Shown in pieces: positions 51,592 to 61,907 of a DNA stretch of 64,000 nucleotides. This stretch comes from an uncultured Verrucomicrobiae bacterium (GTDB taxonomy: Bacteria; Verrucomicrobiota; Verrucomicrobiia; Chthoniobacterales; JAFAMB01): positions 192,001 through 256,000 of the forward strand of contig CAWAIK010000003.1 of NCBI GenBank assembly GCA_963782115.1. Reading direction: 5' to 3'. Made by a program: the position numbers and the translations under genes. How positions within the stretch are numbered: the stretch's first letter is position 1; every line of letters starts with the position of its first letter. A model generated the notes under the pieces. The model was not told the DNA's origin. It was given only the letters and a program-made list of their open reading frames with translations, and made no database searches.

Positions 51592-52671
51592 ATGACTAAG
51601 AGAGTCAAGCTTTTCATTCCCGGACCGGTGGAAGTATCGCAAAAAACGTTGGCGGCAATGGCCGGACCGATGATCGGGCACCGGAGCGCTGACTTTAAGG
51701 CACTTTATCGAGAGATCTACCCGGGGCTTCAGCAACTCTTTCAAACGCGGCAACCGGTATTCTTGTCGACCTCATCCGCCTGGGGCATCATGGAGGGTGC
51801 GATCCGGAACCTGGTGAAGGAAAGAGTCCTGAACTGCATGTGCGGGGCCTTTTCCGATAAGTGGTTTGATGTTTCAAAGCGATGCGGCAAACAAGCCGTG
51901 CCTCTCCAGGTAGAATGGGGTAAGCCGATCGATCCGAGTGAAGTGGATGCACAGCTTGCAACGGGCCAGTTTGATGCGGTTACCTTGATCCATAACGAAA
52001 CTTCGACGGGCGTGATGAATCCGCTGAACGAAATCAGCAATGTTCTTCGTAAATACCCCGACGTGATCTTTATTGTCGACACGGTTTCGTCCTTCTCGGC
52101 TCTTTCCATCCCGATGGATGATCTCGGCATTGATCTCATGCTGACCGGCAGCCAGAAAGCGTTGGCCCTGCCACCGGGCCTGTCCCTGTTTGCAGCCTCG
52201 GAATCAGCGTTCGACCGCGCCGCTCAACTCGATGATCGTGGGTACTATTTTGATCTATTTGAATTCAAGAAAAACGCCGAGGAATACATGACGCCGAGCA
52301 CTCCGACTATTCCGCACATCTATGCGTTGCGGTCGCAGCTTGAAGATATTTTCAACGAGGGCCTTGAAAATAGATTTCAGCGCCATATCGAGACCAATCG
52401 CCTCGTTCACGAATGGGTGAATGCCAACGGATTCGAGTTCTTCGCCCAAGAAGGGTATCGATCCGTCACTTTGACCTGCGTCAAAAACAATCGGGAGATT
52501 GATGTGGCAGCATTCACAAAACGAGTCCGGGATGAACACGCATTCCAGATCGACGGCGGTTATGGAAAGATCAAGGGCAAGACATTTCGCATCTCAAACA
52601 TGGGGGATGAAACCGTCGGGACGATGCAATCGCTTCTCGAAGCGCTGACCGCAACCCTTAAAACGCAGTAA
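51592..52671 (+). CDS. Class V aminotransferase (alanine-glyoxylate/serine-pyruvate family)
   Basis: LFIPGP, IGHRS, HNETSTG, DTVSS, GSQKALALPPG and FRISNMG motifs. Confidence 0.92.
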   Translation: MTKRVKLFIPGPVEVSQKTLAAMAGPMIGHRSADFKALYREIYPGLQQLFQTRQPVFLSTSSAWGIMEGAIRNLVKERVLNCMCGAFSDKWFDVSKRCGKQAVPLQVEWGKPIDPSEVDAQLATGQFDAVTLIHNETSTGVMNPLNEISNVLRKYPDVIFIVDTVSSFSALSIPMDDLGIDLMLTGSQKALALPPGLSLFAASESAFDRAAQLDDRGYYFDLFEFKKNAEEYMTPSTPTIPHIYALRSQLEDIFNEGLENRFQRHIETNRLVHEWVNANGFEFFAQEGYRSVTLTCVKNNREIDVAAFTKRVRDEHAFQIDGGYGKIKGKTFRISNMGDETVGTMQSLLEALTATLKTQ

Positions 52672-52710
52672 TTCGCGGCAGTCTGCCGGGCATCCTCTAG
52701 TGTACCCGAT

Positions 52711-53451
52711 TTACGGTACTCCCGCGTCGATTGGTATTCGTTCGAGCTGCTCAAGGAGTTGGTGGTCGGACGAGGCGACGTCTTTCGTGCTAAACAGGTC
52801 AAAAGTCTTCCGCGAGGCCGCAGTCTGCTCGGAGGCCAGAATCAGAACCCGAGCAAGATCGCCACGCGAAATCTTTGGTCCAGCTGTTAGCTTGTGAATC
52901 GCTCTGGTAATCCGAATCTGAGCGCCGCCGGCAGGCGCGTTTGTGAGGATCGGCGCACGCACAATAGCGTAGTCAAGCCCGCTGGCTCGCAGATAAACTT
53001 CTCTTTCCCTCAGGTTACGCTGAAGACCGCATTTGAATCTATCGAGAATGCGAATCATGACGGACGACCGGTCTGCGCCGACGACCGACGGGAGAACGAT
53101 CCGTCCCTCGAAGCCAATTGCCTGCGCCGAGTCGACTACGTTCAGCAGCCCTTGGTAAGTTACGTTGCGGATTATGGTCTCCGATGCGAACAGGCCGCGA
53201 CCGTCAATTCCACCTGTCGCAGCAACCGTGAAAAATATAGCCTTGAAGTTTTCGGCGATGGCGTCGCGGACCGACCGGGCGTCCGTCACATCACCGTGGT
53301 GTATAGACGCTCGATTTCCGAAGAGCCGCCTGGCTTTACCGGGATCGCGAGCCAGAACTTGGACACTTGATCCACCTTGCAACAATTGCTGAGTAATCAG
53401 TAAGCCCGTACCGCGCGTCGCTCCGATAATGCAGAATTTCGGGTCATTCAA
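52711..53451 (-). CDS. NAD(P)H-binding atypical SDR (NmrA-like)
   Basis: IIGATRGTG, E.YLRASGLDYAIVR and ISRGDLA motifs. Confidence 0.85.
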   Translation of the reverse strand: MNDPKFCIIGATRGTGLLITQQLLQGGSSVQVLARDPGKARRLFGNRASIHHGDVTDARSVRDAIAENFKAIFFTVAATGGIDGRGLFASETIIRNVTYQGLLNVVDSAQAIGFEGRIVLPSVVGADRSSVMIRILDRFKCGLQRNLREREVYLRASGLDYAIVRAPILTNAPAGGAQIRITRAIHKLTAGPKISRGDLARVLILASEQTAASRKTFDLFSTKDVASSDHQLLEQLERIPIDAGVP

Positions 53452-54359
53452 TTTGCGCGCCCGGGTGCGACGTTAGTGTCTGTCCCAGTGTCTGTCCCCA
53501 AAATAGCAAGCTGCTGAAGTTCGTCGGGCGTAAGATTCAATCTAGCGGCCGCCACATTTTCCTGCAGATGAGCCATCGAGGTTGTTCCGGGAATCGGAAG
53601 GATGTTTGGAGCGCGGTGGAGCAGCCAGCTCAAGGCCACTTGTGTCGACGTCGCTCCAAGCCGTTTGCCGGTATCGGCAAGAACTCCTTCAGCAGAAGCT
53701 AACGGCGCCCCGTGCTTCATCGGGTCGGCTCCCAAGGGGCCATACGGCACGAACGCAACTCCTTCGCGAGCGCAATAATCCACGATGGGATCTGCCTGGC
53801 GCTCCCCGACGCTGTACCGGTTCTGAACCGAAGCGATCTGGGCAATTGACCGCGCCTCTTCAAGCTGTTGGACCGTGATGTTGGAAAGCCCTATGAGTCG
53901 AATTTTCCCTTCCCGCTGGAGCCGAGCCAGACCCAGAACAGATTCACTCAACGGCACATCCGGATCAACCCAATGAAGTTGGTACAAGTCTATGCAGTCT
54001 AAGCGCAAGTTTTTGAGACTTTCTTCGCAGTCACTTCGCAGACCATCCGGACTTCCGTCCAGGTATCGCTCAGTAGCCGATTTTTTTACCACCCCACCCT
54101 TGGTCGCAATGAAGAGCCCTTCCCGGTACGGGTGAAGAGCTTTCGCAATAAGTCGCTCGTTCCAACCGGGTCCATAAGCTCTGGCCGTGTCAAAAAAATT
54201 AATCCCAAGTTCGAGTGCGCGTTGCAGAACCTTTTTGCCATCGTCCCAAGCCTCATAAGCTCCAAAGTTACCGGGTTGCCCAGTCAAACGCATCGCGCCA
54301 TAGCCCAGTCGGCGCACCTCCGTGCCATCATTGAACCGAAATGTGAGAGCAGGTTGCAT
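53448..54359 (-). CDS. Aldo/keto reductase
   Basis: LGYGAM, DTARAYG, IATKGG, IDLYQLH, IGLSN and PIPGT motifs. Confidence 0.92.
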   Translation of the reverse strand: MQPALTFRFNDGTEVRRLGYGAMRLTGQPGNFGAYEAWDDGKKVLQRALELGINFFDTARAYGPGWNERLIAKALHPYREGLFIATKGGVVKKSATERYLDGSPDGLRSDCEESLKNLRLDCIDLYQLHWVDPDVPLSESVLGLARLQREGKIRLIGLSNITVQQLEEARSIAQIASVQNRYSVGERQADPIVDYCAREGVAFVPYGPLGADPMKHGAPLASAEGVLADTGKRLGATSTQVALSWLLHRAPNILPIPGTTSMAHLQENVAAARLNLTPDELQQLAILGTDTGTDTNVAPGRAN

Positions 54360-54496
54360 AGGAAATCTCTTTACGCCTGAAGGACGCCTTTGCGTAGTCT
54401 ATTTTATGCAAAGGATTTCAGAAGAAATTTCTTCAAAAAGCGTTTCTCCCGGCCTCTGCCTGAGGAAAGTTTCTGCCGGTAAAGAAAGGATTCAGT

Positions 54497-55662
54497 ATGC
54501 GAATTACCCAAATCCGAGAAAAAACCGTCCCCATCGCCTCACCGATTTCCAATGCCTACATCGATTTTTCCAAAATGACCTGCTCGCTGGTGGCGGTCGT
54601 CACCGACGTAGTCCGTAACGGCAAGCCTGTGCTCGGCTACGGATTCAGCTCCAATGGCCGCTACGGCCAGGGTTGCCTCATCCGCGAGCGATTCCGCCCA
54701 GCATCCTCGAGGCCGATCCAAAAACGCTGATCGACGAGGAACACGACAATCTCGATCCCGCCAGGATCTGGGCATGCATGATGTCCAACGAAAAGCCGGG
54801 CGGGCACGGCGAACGCTCGGTTGCGGTTGGCACCATCGACATGGCCGTGTGGGATGCGGTGGCCAAGATCGCTGAGAAGCCGCTCTTTCAACTCTTGGCG
54901 GAGCGTTACGGCAACAGCGTCGCGGACCGGAAGGTTTTTGTGTATGCCGCTGGCGGTTACTATTATCCGGGTAAGGGGCTGGATGGCCTTAAGCGCGAGA
55001 TGCGCGGCTATTTCGACCGTGGCTACACAGTGGTGAAAATGAAGATCGGCGGGATCCCACTTCACGAAGACCTGCTTCGTATTGAAGCCGTGCACGCAGC
55101 ACTGGCTCCCGGTCAGCAACTTGCGGTTGATGCTAACGGCCGCTTCGATAAGGCAACAGCCATTGCCTATGCCAAGCCGCTCTCCCAGTATAATCTCTTT
55201 TGGTATGAGGAAGCCGGCGACCCGCTTGATTATGAACTTCAGGCAGAGCTGGCGAAGCACTACCCGGCTTCGATGGCCACAGGCGAGAACCTGTTCTCCA
55301 TGCAGGACGCGCGAAATCTTATCCGCTACGGAGGGATGCGCCCCGACCGCGATTGGCTTCAGTTCGACTGTGCACTGAGCTATGGACTGGTCGAATACCT
55401 CCGTATCTTGGAAATGCTGAAGGACTACGGATGGTCTGCCCGTCGCTGTATTCCGCACGGCGGTCATCAAATGTCGCTCAATATCGCAGCCGGCCTCAGG
55501 TTGGGCGGCAATGAGTCGTATCCCGACTTGTTCCAGCCATATGGAGGGTTCCCGGACGGCGTGGAGGTCCAAGGAGGTTATATCACCATGCCGGAGCTAC
55601 CGGGGATCGGTTTCGAGGGAAAATCCGATCTTTATCGCGAGATGCAAGCCCTCAGCAGTTGA
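54497..55662 (+). pseudogene. tarD: Mandelate racemase-family enzyme (D-tartrate dehydratase-like), frameshifted near 54695
   Basis: Frame A gives NAYIDFSKMT...SNGRYGQG..RERF. Frame B continues ILEADP...EKPGGHGERSVA...KMKIG...DANG...ATGEN...PHGGH...GGNESYP. Confidence 0.82.
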
Positions 55663-55700
55663 CCCATTCCAGTCGCTTCTCCTAACATTGATCAAACGAC

Positions 55701-56477
55701 GTGACTACCGGCGAATCGGAGATCCACCGACTTCTGAAGGAACAGGCGTTCCTTTGGGCGTACGATCGTGGTTTTCGTTGCTGCGCTATGGAGGTCCGTG
55801 CTCCACGATCACGATTCCGAGTCGATGTCGCGGCCATCCGTTTGGACCGCTTGCACGGCGAACCGACCGTTGCGGTGTTTGAATGCAAACAAAACCGGGA
55901 AGACCTTGACCGCGACAATCAGCGACGCAGCGAACTCAAGGCGAAGTTGAAAACGCTGCAGGAACGCCGGGATAAGCTCGAGTGCCTTCTAGCTGTGCAT
56001 CATCCAACTCTTCGAACCTCGGATTCGCTCTTCCCGGAATGGGCGACCTTTGATTTCAGCGCGATCGATCACGCTGCTTACAGGCAGACGGTCCGAAAGA
56101 TTGCCTGCATTCAACGTCAACTTTTCGAAAACACGAAGTTCGACCTAATGACCGGGTACAAACTGGGGAACCTGCACTATTTGGTTGCCACGGCCGGGTT
56201 GCTCCATGAACACGAGGTGCCGCTTGGTTGGGGCCTGCTCGAAGCGGATGGAAAAGAGGGAATCATTGAGAAGCACATTCCGACCCGCTTCTCAGGAATC
56301 GAGATGCTGCGATGGCTGGAACGAATTGCGAAGGCAGCGACTCTTCAAAACACCAAGCCTATCCGCGAGCGTCACCGGAGGGGAAACGTGTCAGCGGACC
56401 GGCGTGTGGGTGTATCGGCGAGCCTGGATATCGTGCGGCCCGGCTCCAATTTCCTTCTAATCAGACAACGAGACTAA
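55701..56477 (+). CDS. PD-(D/E)XK nuclease-like protein, MmcB-like, with helical insertion
   Basis: EV...RVDVAA...VFECKQNREDL..D and YLV...GL....E.P.GWGLL motifs. Confidence 0.55.
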   Translation: MTTGESEIHRLLKEQAFLWAYDRGFRCCAMEVRAPRSRFRVDVAAIRLDRLHGEPTVAVFECKQNREDLDRDNQRRSELKAKLKTLQERRDKLECLLAVHHPTLRTSDSLFPEWATFDFSAIDHAAYRQTVRKIACIQRQLFENTKFDLMTGYKLGNLHYLVATAGLLHEHEVPLGWGLLEADGKEGIIEKHIPTRFSGIEMLRWLERIAKAATLQNTKPIRERHRRGNVSADRRVGVSASLDIVRPGSNFLLIRQRD

Positions 56478-57837
56478 GCAAAAGTACGAAGATCAGGCCC
56501 AGTACCGACAAAAGGGTTTCCATCAGGGTCCAGGATTTGAAGGTGTCGGGGAGGCTCAACTGGAAGTACTCCTTTACAAGCCAGAAGCCTGCGTCGTTGA
56601 CGTGAGATAATATGATCGACCCCGATCCGACCGCCAAGACCATTAGCTCCTTACTCACGACTGGATTTGCCTGCACGAGCGGAGCCATGATTCCTGCTCC
56701 GGTGATGGTTGCCACGGTGGCAGAGCCGGTCGCGATTCTGACCACTGCGGCGGCTACCCACCCAAGTAAGAGTGGCGATATATGCGCCTGGGTAGCCCAC
56801 TGGCCAATGAGATCGCTGATTTTGGTGGCGATCAGCATCTCCTTGAACCCGCCGCCCGCGCCGACAATCAGGACCACAGCGGCGATCGCGCCCAGACTCT
56901 TATTCAGGATCCCGTCGAGATGACCCATGGAGCGTCCTCGCCGCAATTCGAGAGCGTACATCCCGAAGAAGAGGGCAATCAGGAGAGCAGCGATTGGATC
57001 GCCTACAAAGTCGATCAGGTTTTTCAGAAAACTTTGCCCGGGAAGGAAGGCATCGGCTAGTGAACGAGACATCATGAGGATGGGCGGCAGGAGGATCGTG
57101 ATGAGCACAGAAGGGAGCGAAGGTCCTGGCGCAGCCGTTGATTGAGCTCGTGCTCGGCTCGTATCCTCTGCATCGGATTCCGGCCCGGGAAAGAGGGCGC
57201 CGGCGGTGGTTCCCGAATGAACCCATCCCGCCGCGAAGTTGGCAAAAAGAGGGCCGGCTAAGATGCCGGTCGGAATCCCGACTAAGATTGCGTAGAGAAT
57301 CGTCTTTCCGGCGTCCGCATGAAAAGTGGCGACCGCCAGGGTTGGGGCCGGATGGGGTGGAACCAGAGCGTGTGCTACGGAAAGGCCGGCTAACATCGGT
57401 AAGCCAACCCTCAAAATGGGTGTATCCATCCGCTTTGAGATGACGAACGCGAGCGGTACCAGAAGAACAAAACCAACCTCAAAAAATAAAGGAAGCCCGA
57501 TCAGCAGGGAGGCCACAAACATCGTCCAGGGGATCCATTTTTTCCCACCAAGAGCGATCAGGTCATTTGCCAGGATATCCGCTCCTCCGGAAGAGATCAG
57601 GATCCCTCCTAACATTGCGCCAAGTCCTATGACAATCCCCACAAAACTGAGGACATCGCCAAAACCCTTCTCAAAATGTTTGATGACTTCCATGACTGGA
57701 AGGCCGCAAGCAATTCCGAGAAACCAGGAGGCAAGAATCAATGCGATGAACGGGTGAATACGGAATTTCGTAATGAGAACAATCAACGCGAGGATTGCAA
57801 TAACGACGACCGCGAGGCGGACAGGATCAGAGGCCAT
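56461..57837 (-). CDS. gntP: GntP-family gluconate:H+ symporter
   Basis: HPFIAL, FFEVGFVLL, PPHPAP, GAGGGFK, GSATVA and SHVNDAGFW motifs. Confidence 0.93.
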   Translation of the reverse strand: MASDPVRLAVVVIAILALIVLITKFRIHPFIALILASWFLGIACGLPVMEVIKHFEKGFGDVLSFVGIVIGLGAMLGGILISSGGADILANDLIALGGKKWIPWTMFVASLLIGLPLFFEVGFVLLVPLAFVISKRMDTPILRVGLPMLAGLSVAHALVPPHPAPTLAVATFHADAGKTILYAILVGIPTGILAGPLFANFAAGWVHSGTTAGALFPGPESDAEDTSRARAQSTAAPGPSLPSVLITILLPPILMMSRSLADAFLPGQSFLKNLIDFVGDPIAALLIALFFGMYALELRRGRSMGHLDGILNKSLGAIAAVVLIVGAGGGFKEMLIATKISDLIGQWATQAHISPLLLGWVAAAVVRIATGSATVATITGAGIMAPLVQANPVVSKELMVLAVGSGSIILSHVNDAGFWLVKEYFQLSLPDTFKSWTLMETLLSVLGLIFVLLLSLVV

Positions 57838-57849
57838 AGGAATTAGGGT

Positions 57850-58040
57850 TTAGGTTGATTGCGAACCGGGGATAGCGGGATGATGCAGTACCTCCTGCAC
57901 GGGCCTCCGATATCGGCGATTCAGGTTGATGATAAACGCTTCGTTCAGTTGCGGTTCCTCCAGTACGGCAACCTGGCTGTCCGGCAACTTTCTTCTTGAA
58001 TAAGTGACCCGTTGAGCGTTTCGGGCTGCAAAGAACGGTG
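57850..58040 (-). pseudogene. Remnant of gluconokinase C-terminus upstream of gntP
   Basis: Two frames give ...RSTGHLFKKK / LPDSQVAVLEEPQLNEAFIIN...VQEVL...*, matching the GntK R.GHF....L.SQ...LEEP motif. Confidence 0.6.
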
Positions 58041-58223
58041 GCGATGCGCGCGGGGGGCAGATTGTGCAGCATGAAGATCTTTGCGGTGGCTGTCAACCGT
58101 CGTCGTAGGATCTGTTTTTTACTGATCCTTAGGGGAGTACGGGCAACGGAGCCTTGGCAAGCAACCGGCGTTCTTGCAAGGCGTCAGCGCTCGGCCACTC
58201 AGGAAAACAAGCGCCGAGGGACG

Positions 58224-59912
58224 CTAATCGGTCACCGCGCCAAGCGACGCCGAACTGACCTGTCCTGCGTATTTGGCCAGAACACCCTTCGCATATCTCG
58301 GTTTCGGCTGCTTCCACATCTTGAGACGCGCAGTTAGTTCGGATTTGGCAATCTTGAGATCGATCATCTTCTTCTCGCCGTCGATTTCGATCCGATCACC
58401 ATTCTTGATGATCGCGATCGGTCCGCCAACAAACGCTTCCGGTGTCACATGCCCGATAACAAATCCGTGGCTGCCTCCTGAGAATCTTCCATCGGTAATC
58501 AGCGCGACGTCTTTCCCGAGTCCTTTGCCCATGATTGCAGAGGTCGGAGCCAGCATCTCGCGCATTCCAGGTCCCCCTTTTGGACCTTCGTAGCGAATCA
58601 CGATCACGTCGCCTTTCCGGATCTTGTCGTCCAGGATCGCGCGGAGCGCCTTTTCTTCGGACTCGAATACTCGCGCCTTCCCCGCGAAGCGTAGCCCTTC
58701 TTTGCCGGAAAATTTGGCAACGGCGCCTTCCGGGGCCAGATTCCCATAGAGCACGACAAGATGGCTGCTGGGCTTGATCGGATCCTTGAATCCGCGGATG
58801 ATTGTCTGCCCCGCCGGATAATCTTCCACCTTCTCGAGATTCTCTTTCAGTGTTTTCCCGCTCACCGTCATGCAGTCACCATGCAGAAGACCGTTGCCGA
58901 GAAGCATTTTCATCAGCGGCATGATCCCGCCGATCTGTACCAGTTCCCACATCACGTGCTTACCGCTCGGCTTGAGATCGGCTAATACCGGAACTCTTTT
59001 GCCAATTCGTGTCCAGTCGTCGAGTTTCAATTTGATGCCTGCGGCATTAGCCATCGCCAGCAGGTGCAACACTGCGTTGGTCGAACCACCGAGCGCGATG
59101 GCAACCGTCATCGCGTTCTCAAAGGCTTCCTTCGTCATGATATCGGACGGACGGATTCCGCGTTTGATCAATTCCACCACCGCCGCCCCTGCCAAAGCCG
59201 CGTCGGCCAGCTTTTCCTTTGAGATCGCAGCCTGCGCAGAGCTGTTGGGCAAACTCATGCCGAGCGCCTCGATCGCGGAGGCCATTGTATTCGCGGTGTA
59301 CATCCCTCCACAAGAACCTGGACCCGGAATCGCGCACGATTCGACTTGCTCCAGCTCGCCATCTGAAATCTTTCCATTGGAATGGGCACCCACGGCTTCA
59401 AAAATCGAGACGATGTCGATATTCCGATTGTCGATACAGCCTGGCAGGATCGTTCCTCCGTAAACAAACACCGCCGGCCGGTTCAACCGTGCGAAGGCTA
59501 TCAGGCAGCCAGGCATGTTTTTGTCGCAACCCCCAATTGCGACCAGCCCATCGAACCCTCCGCATCCGGCAACGGTCTCAATAGAATCTGCGATTACCTC
59601 CCTGGAGACCAGCGAGTATTTCATGCCTTCGTTTCCCATCGAGATGCCATCAGAAACCGTGATGGTGTTGAAAATGATCGATTTTCCTCCCGCTTCGTCC
59701 ACGCCCTTGGCTGATTCCCTTGCTAACTTGTCGATATGGACGTTGCAGGGAGTGACCATGCTCCAAGTGGATGCCACACCGACGATTGTCTTCTGAAAAT
59801 CCTCTTTTTTGAATCCGACCGCGTACAACATTCCACGACTGGGAGCTCTCTCCGGTCCATCTAACATCGGTCCTGAAAACTGGCGGGGGTTCGGGGCGGG
59901 CTTCGATTTCAT
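58224..59912 (-). CDS. ilvD: Dihydroxy-acid dehydratase
   Basis: [40 protein letters not shown] and TDGRFSG motifs. Confidence 0.97.
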   Translation of the reverse strand: MKSKPAPNPRQFSGPMLDGPERAPSRGMLYAVGFKKEDFQKTIVGVASTWSMVTPCNVHIDKLARESAKGVDEAGGKSIIFNTITVSDGISMGNEGMKYSLVSREVIADSIETVAGCGGFDGLVAIGGCDKNMPGCLIAFARLNRPAVFVYGGTILPGCIDNRNIDIVSIFEAVGAHSNGKISDGELEQVESCAIPGPGSCGGMYTANTMASAIEALGMSLPNSSAQAAISKEKLADAALAGAAVVELIKRGIRPSDIMTKEAFENAMTVAIALGGSTNAVLHLLAMANAAGIKLKLDDWTRIGKRVPVLADLKPSGKHVMWELVQIGGIMPLMKMLLGNGLLHGDCMTVSGKTLKENLEKVEDYPAGQTIIRGFKDPIKPSSHLVVLYGNLAPEGAVAKFSGKEGLRFAGKARVFESEEKALRAILDDKIRKGDVIVIRYEGPKGGPGMREMLAPTSAIMGKGLGKDVALITDGRFSGGSHGFVIGHVTPEAFVGGPIAIIKNGDRIEIDGEKKMIDLKIAKSELTARLKMWKQPKPRYAKGVLAKYAGQVSSASLGAVTD

Positions 59913-60060
59913 ATTTCAACAAAGTGGAATTTGGCGGACCTCGGTGGATCGTAAGTGCCTCAAAATCAACAAAACGGCAGCAGATGGAAATCGTTGGAAA
60001 AGCATGGATGTTAGCAGTCCGGGCTTCGATATTTTCTTTCAGCCCACCAAAAAATACCTT

Positions 60061-60300
60061 ATGGCAAGCGTCCACAGAAGACCAGCTTCGAAATTTTGGC
60101 AGGCCTTCTTCGTGACAGTGAAGGAAGATTGATCAGCAAATCGACCCGGCTTAAAGACCGCAAACAAGCCCAACGGGTAGCCGATACTTTGGAAATGGCC
60201 GCGCTGCGTAAGAAAAGCGCGCGCAGCACGTCCGAGCCGCGTTCGCTCAAATCTTCCAAGACACCTACCAGGAAATAAACTCTCCATGGATTTCGTTTTT
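60061..60300 (+). pseudogene. Frameshifted N-terminal fragment of a phage-type tyrosine integrase
   Basis: MASVHRRPASKFWQAFF / RDSEGRLISKSTRLKDRKQAQRVADTLE across a frameshift near 60110; no catalytic domain follows. Confidence 0.6.
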
Positions 60301-60426
60301 CGCAAAATCTCCATGAGACAATGATCGGTTGGATGTGGTTAGTACACGCTCACAGGCTGTAATCTCCCCAGTACCGCTCGATCGTTAGGGCTAAGGCTTG
60401 ATTGCGGCAGATCTCCAAATCGTCGG

Positions 60427-61340
60427 CTATGACGTCCAGCCGGTGAACCAGTCGCAGATAAGGAGCGCTCCGGTCGCTGCGAGCGCAGGCTTCACTCCGT
60501 CTGCGAACCCGGCTCATGTCGCCGGAACAAGTCTAAGGAAGCCTGGAGATTGGTCAGAGAGACCACCGCCATGGTGTAGCTCGGCAAACGGCGTCGGAAA
60601 TACACGCTCTCATCTGCGCCGTTCTGCAGCAGCGTCCCCAATTTCAAGCTTTGCTCGCGAAGGGCAATTGCGATCGAGCCGGCTTCGTCCCAAAGGTCGA
60701 CTCCAGTGGCCAGACTTCGGTGTTGCAAATCAACAAGTTTCCCCACATTGCCGAGCGCCGCCCGGGCCAGGTGAATGAAATCCTGCCGGGCGAACCGCGG
60801 CCAGAGCAGGTTGGCCACGATTATCATTGAAACCACCCCAGTCAGAATCTCCAACGTTCGGGTCAGTCCGACATGCCACGCGTCCGTTGGATCGAAGATC
60901 CCGCTTGAGCTGACCGTCACGAGCGCGTTGGCACACAGTGAAAAGGCGTAAGGGAAGATCGAGCCCCCGAACATATACATGCAGATGCAGAAGAAAATGT
61001 AAACGAAGGCGAACAGGAGAAAGAACAAACGATCTTGTTCGAAATTTCCGACGAGCCATACGCCGGCGAATCCTCCAATAATGATGCCCACGACCCGGGC
61101 GACGGCCCGCGGCCCAATCGCGCCGACCTACTCGGCCGGTGCCAGGACCAGCACCGTAAATATAGCCCAGTTCGCATGACCAAGCCGGATCAATTGCGAG
61201 AGATAAACCGCCAATAGACCGGCTAGAGCGAGCTTTAATGCAAAGACCGTCTTTGGGTCCGCGACGACCGCAATCAAGTTCCTGCCAACGTCCCCAAGGC
61301 CTGCCAATTGGCGTCGATGAACGGTGACCTCAGCACTCAC
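60427..61340 (-). pseudogene. FUSC-family efflux membrane protein, disrupted
   Basis: FALKLALAG...WAIFTVLVL, in-frame TAG at 61128-61130, then VGAI..R..G and PYAF...R..EI..G...LWP. A second-domain piece GVKPALAATGALLICDWF lies in another frame (60427-60498). Confidence 0.8.
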
Positions 61341-61355
61341 AAACGAAACCTCAGG

Positions 61356-61520
61356 TCAGGGTTGCTTCGAGATTTTCGTCGATGTCGGCGAAGATTTGGA
61401 TACCACCGCCGCGGTAACTGTCTGGCCGATCCTGAGGGGAATCGGAGGTTCTCCTGTGATTCGAATACGGACAGGGAAACGCTCGGGGAATCGGACCCAA
61501 TCGACGGTTTGGATGACCGC
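61356..61520 (-). pseudogene. C-terminal fragment of an AaeA/HlyD-family membrane fusion protein
   Basis: TVDWVRFPERFPVRIRI...LRIGQTVT; directly upstream of the FUSC gene. Confidence 0.75.
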
Positions 61521-61659
61521 CGCCAGCGGCGAACGTCTTAACGCGGGCGACATCGTGCTGGCGGGGGCAGCCACCGCCGCAGAGGCGATGGCCGGAAAGC
61601 GGTCGCTCCTGCTAAACGTCGAGAAACTCGGGAGAGTTGGATTCACGATTCGCTCCTAA
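61519..61659 (+). pseudogene. C-terminal fragment of 2-keto-4-pentenoate hydratase / 4-oxalocrotonate decarboxylase
   Basis: GERLNAGDIVLAGAATAA....LGRVGF; precedes the tautomerase as in meta-cleavage operons. Confidence 0.7.
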
Positions 61660-61676
61660 CGGAAGGAAGTATTCGG

Positions 61677-61907
61677 ATGCCACTAATCGAAATCACCTTA
61701 GTTGAAGGTAGACCTGCGGAGGCGCGAGCCTCTCTGATGAAACAAATCACTGATGTCGTCGAAACGACTTTGGGTGCTCCTCGCCAGTCGATCCGCGTCA
61801 TCATTCGTGAAGTGCCCGCGTTTCACTTTGCGGTGGGCGGTGTACCGAAAGGTCCTCCCCCGGATGTGCCCAAATTTATAAATCACCATCGCCTGCGCCG
61901 CGACTAG
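61677..61907 (+). CDS. 4-oxalocrotonate tautomerase family protein
   Basis: Catalytic Pro1 (MPLI), EGR, IRVIIREV...HFAVGG; RBS GGAAGGAAG upstream. Confidence 0.88.
   Translation: MPLIEITLVEGRPAEARASLMKQITDVVETTLGAPRQSIRVIIREVPAFHFAVGGVPKGPPPDVPKFINHHRLRRD

Noticed and set aside
54685..54710. Programmed frameshift in the tarD-like gene
   Set aside because: No slippery heptamer or homopolymer at the shift; mutation or sequence error is more likely.
61128..61130. Stop-codon recoding (TAG in FUSC, TAA in the MDR gene)
   Set aside because: TAG and TAA are used as normal stops by many intact genes here, and FUSC has additional lesions.
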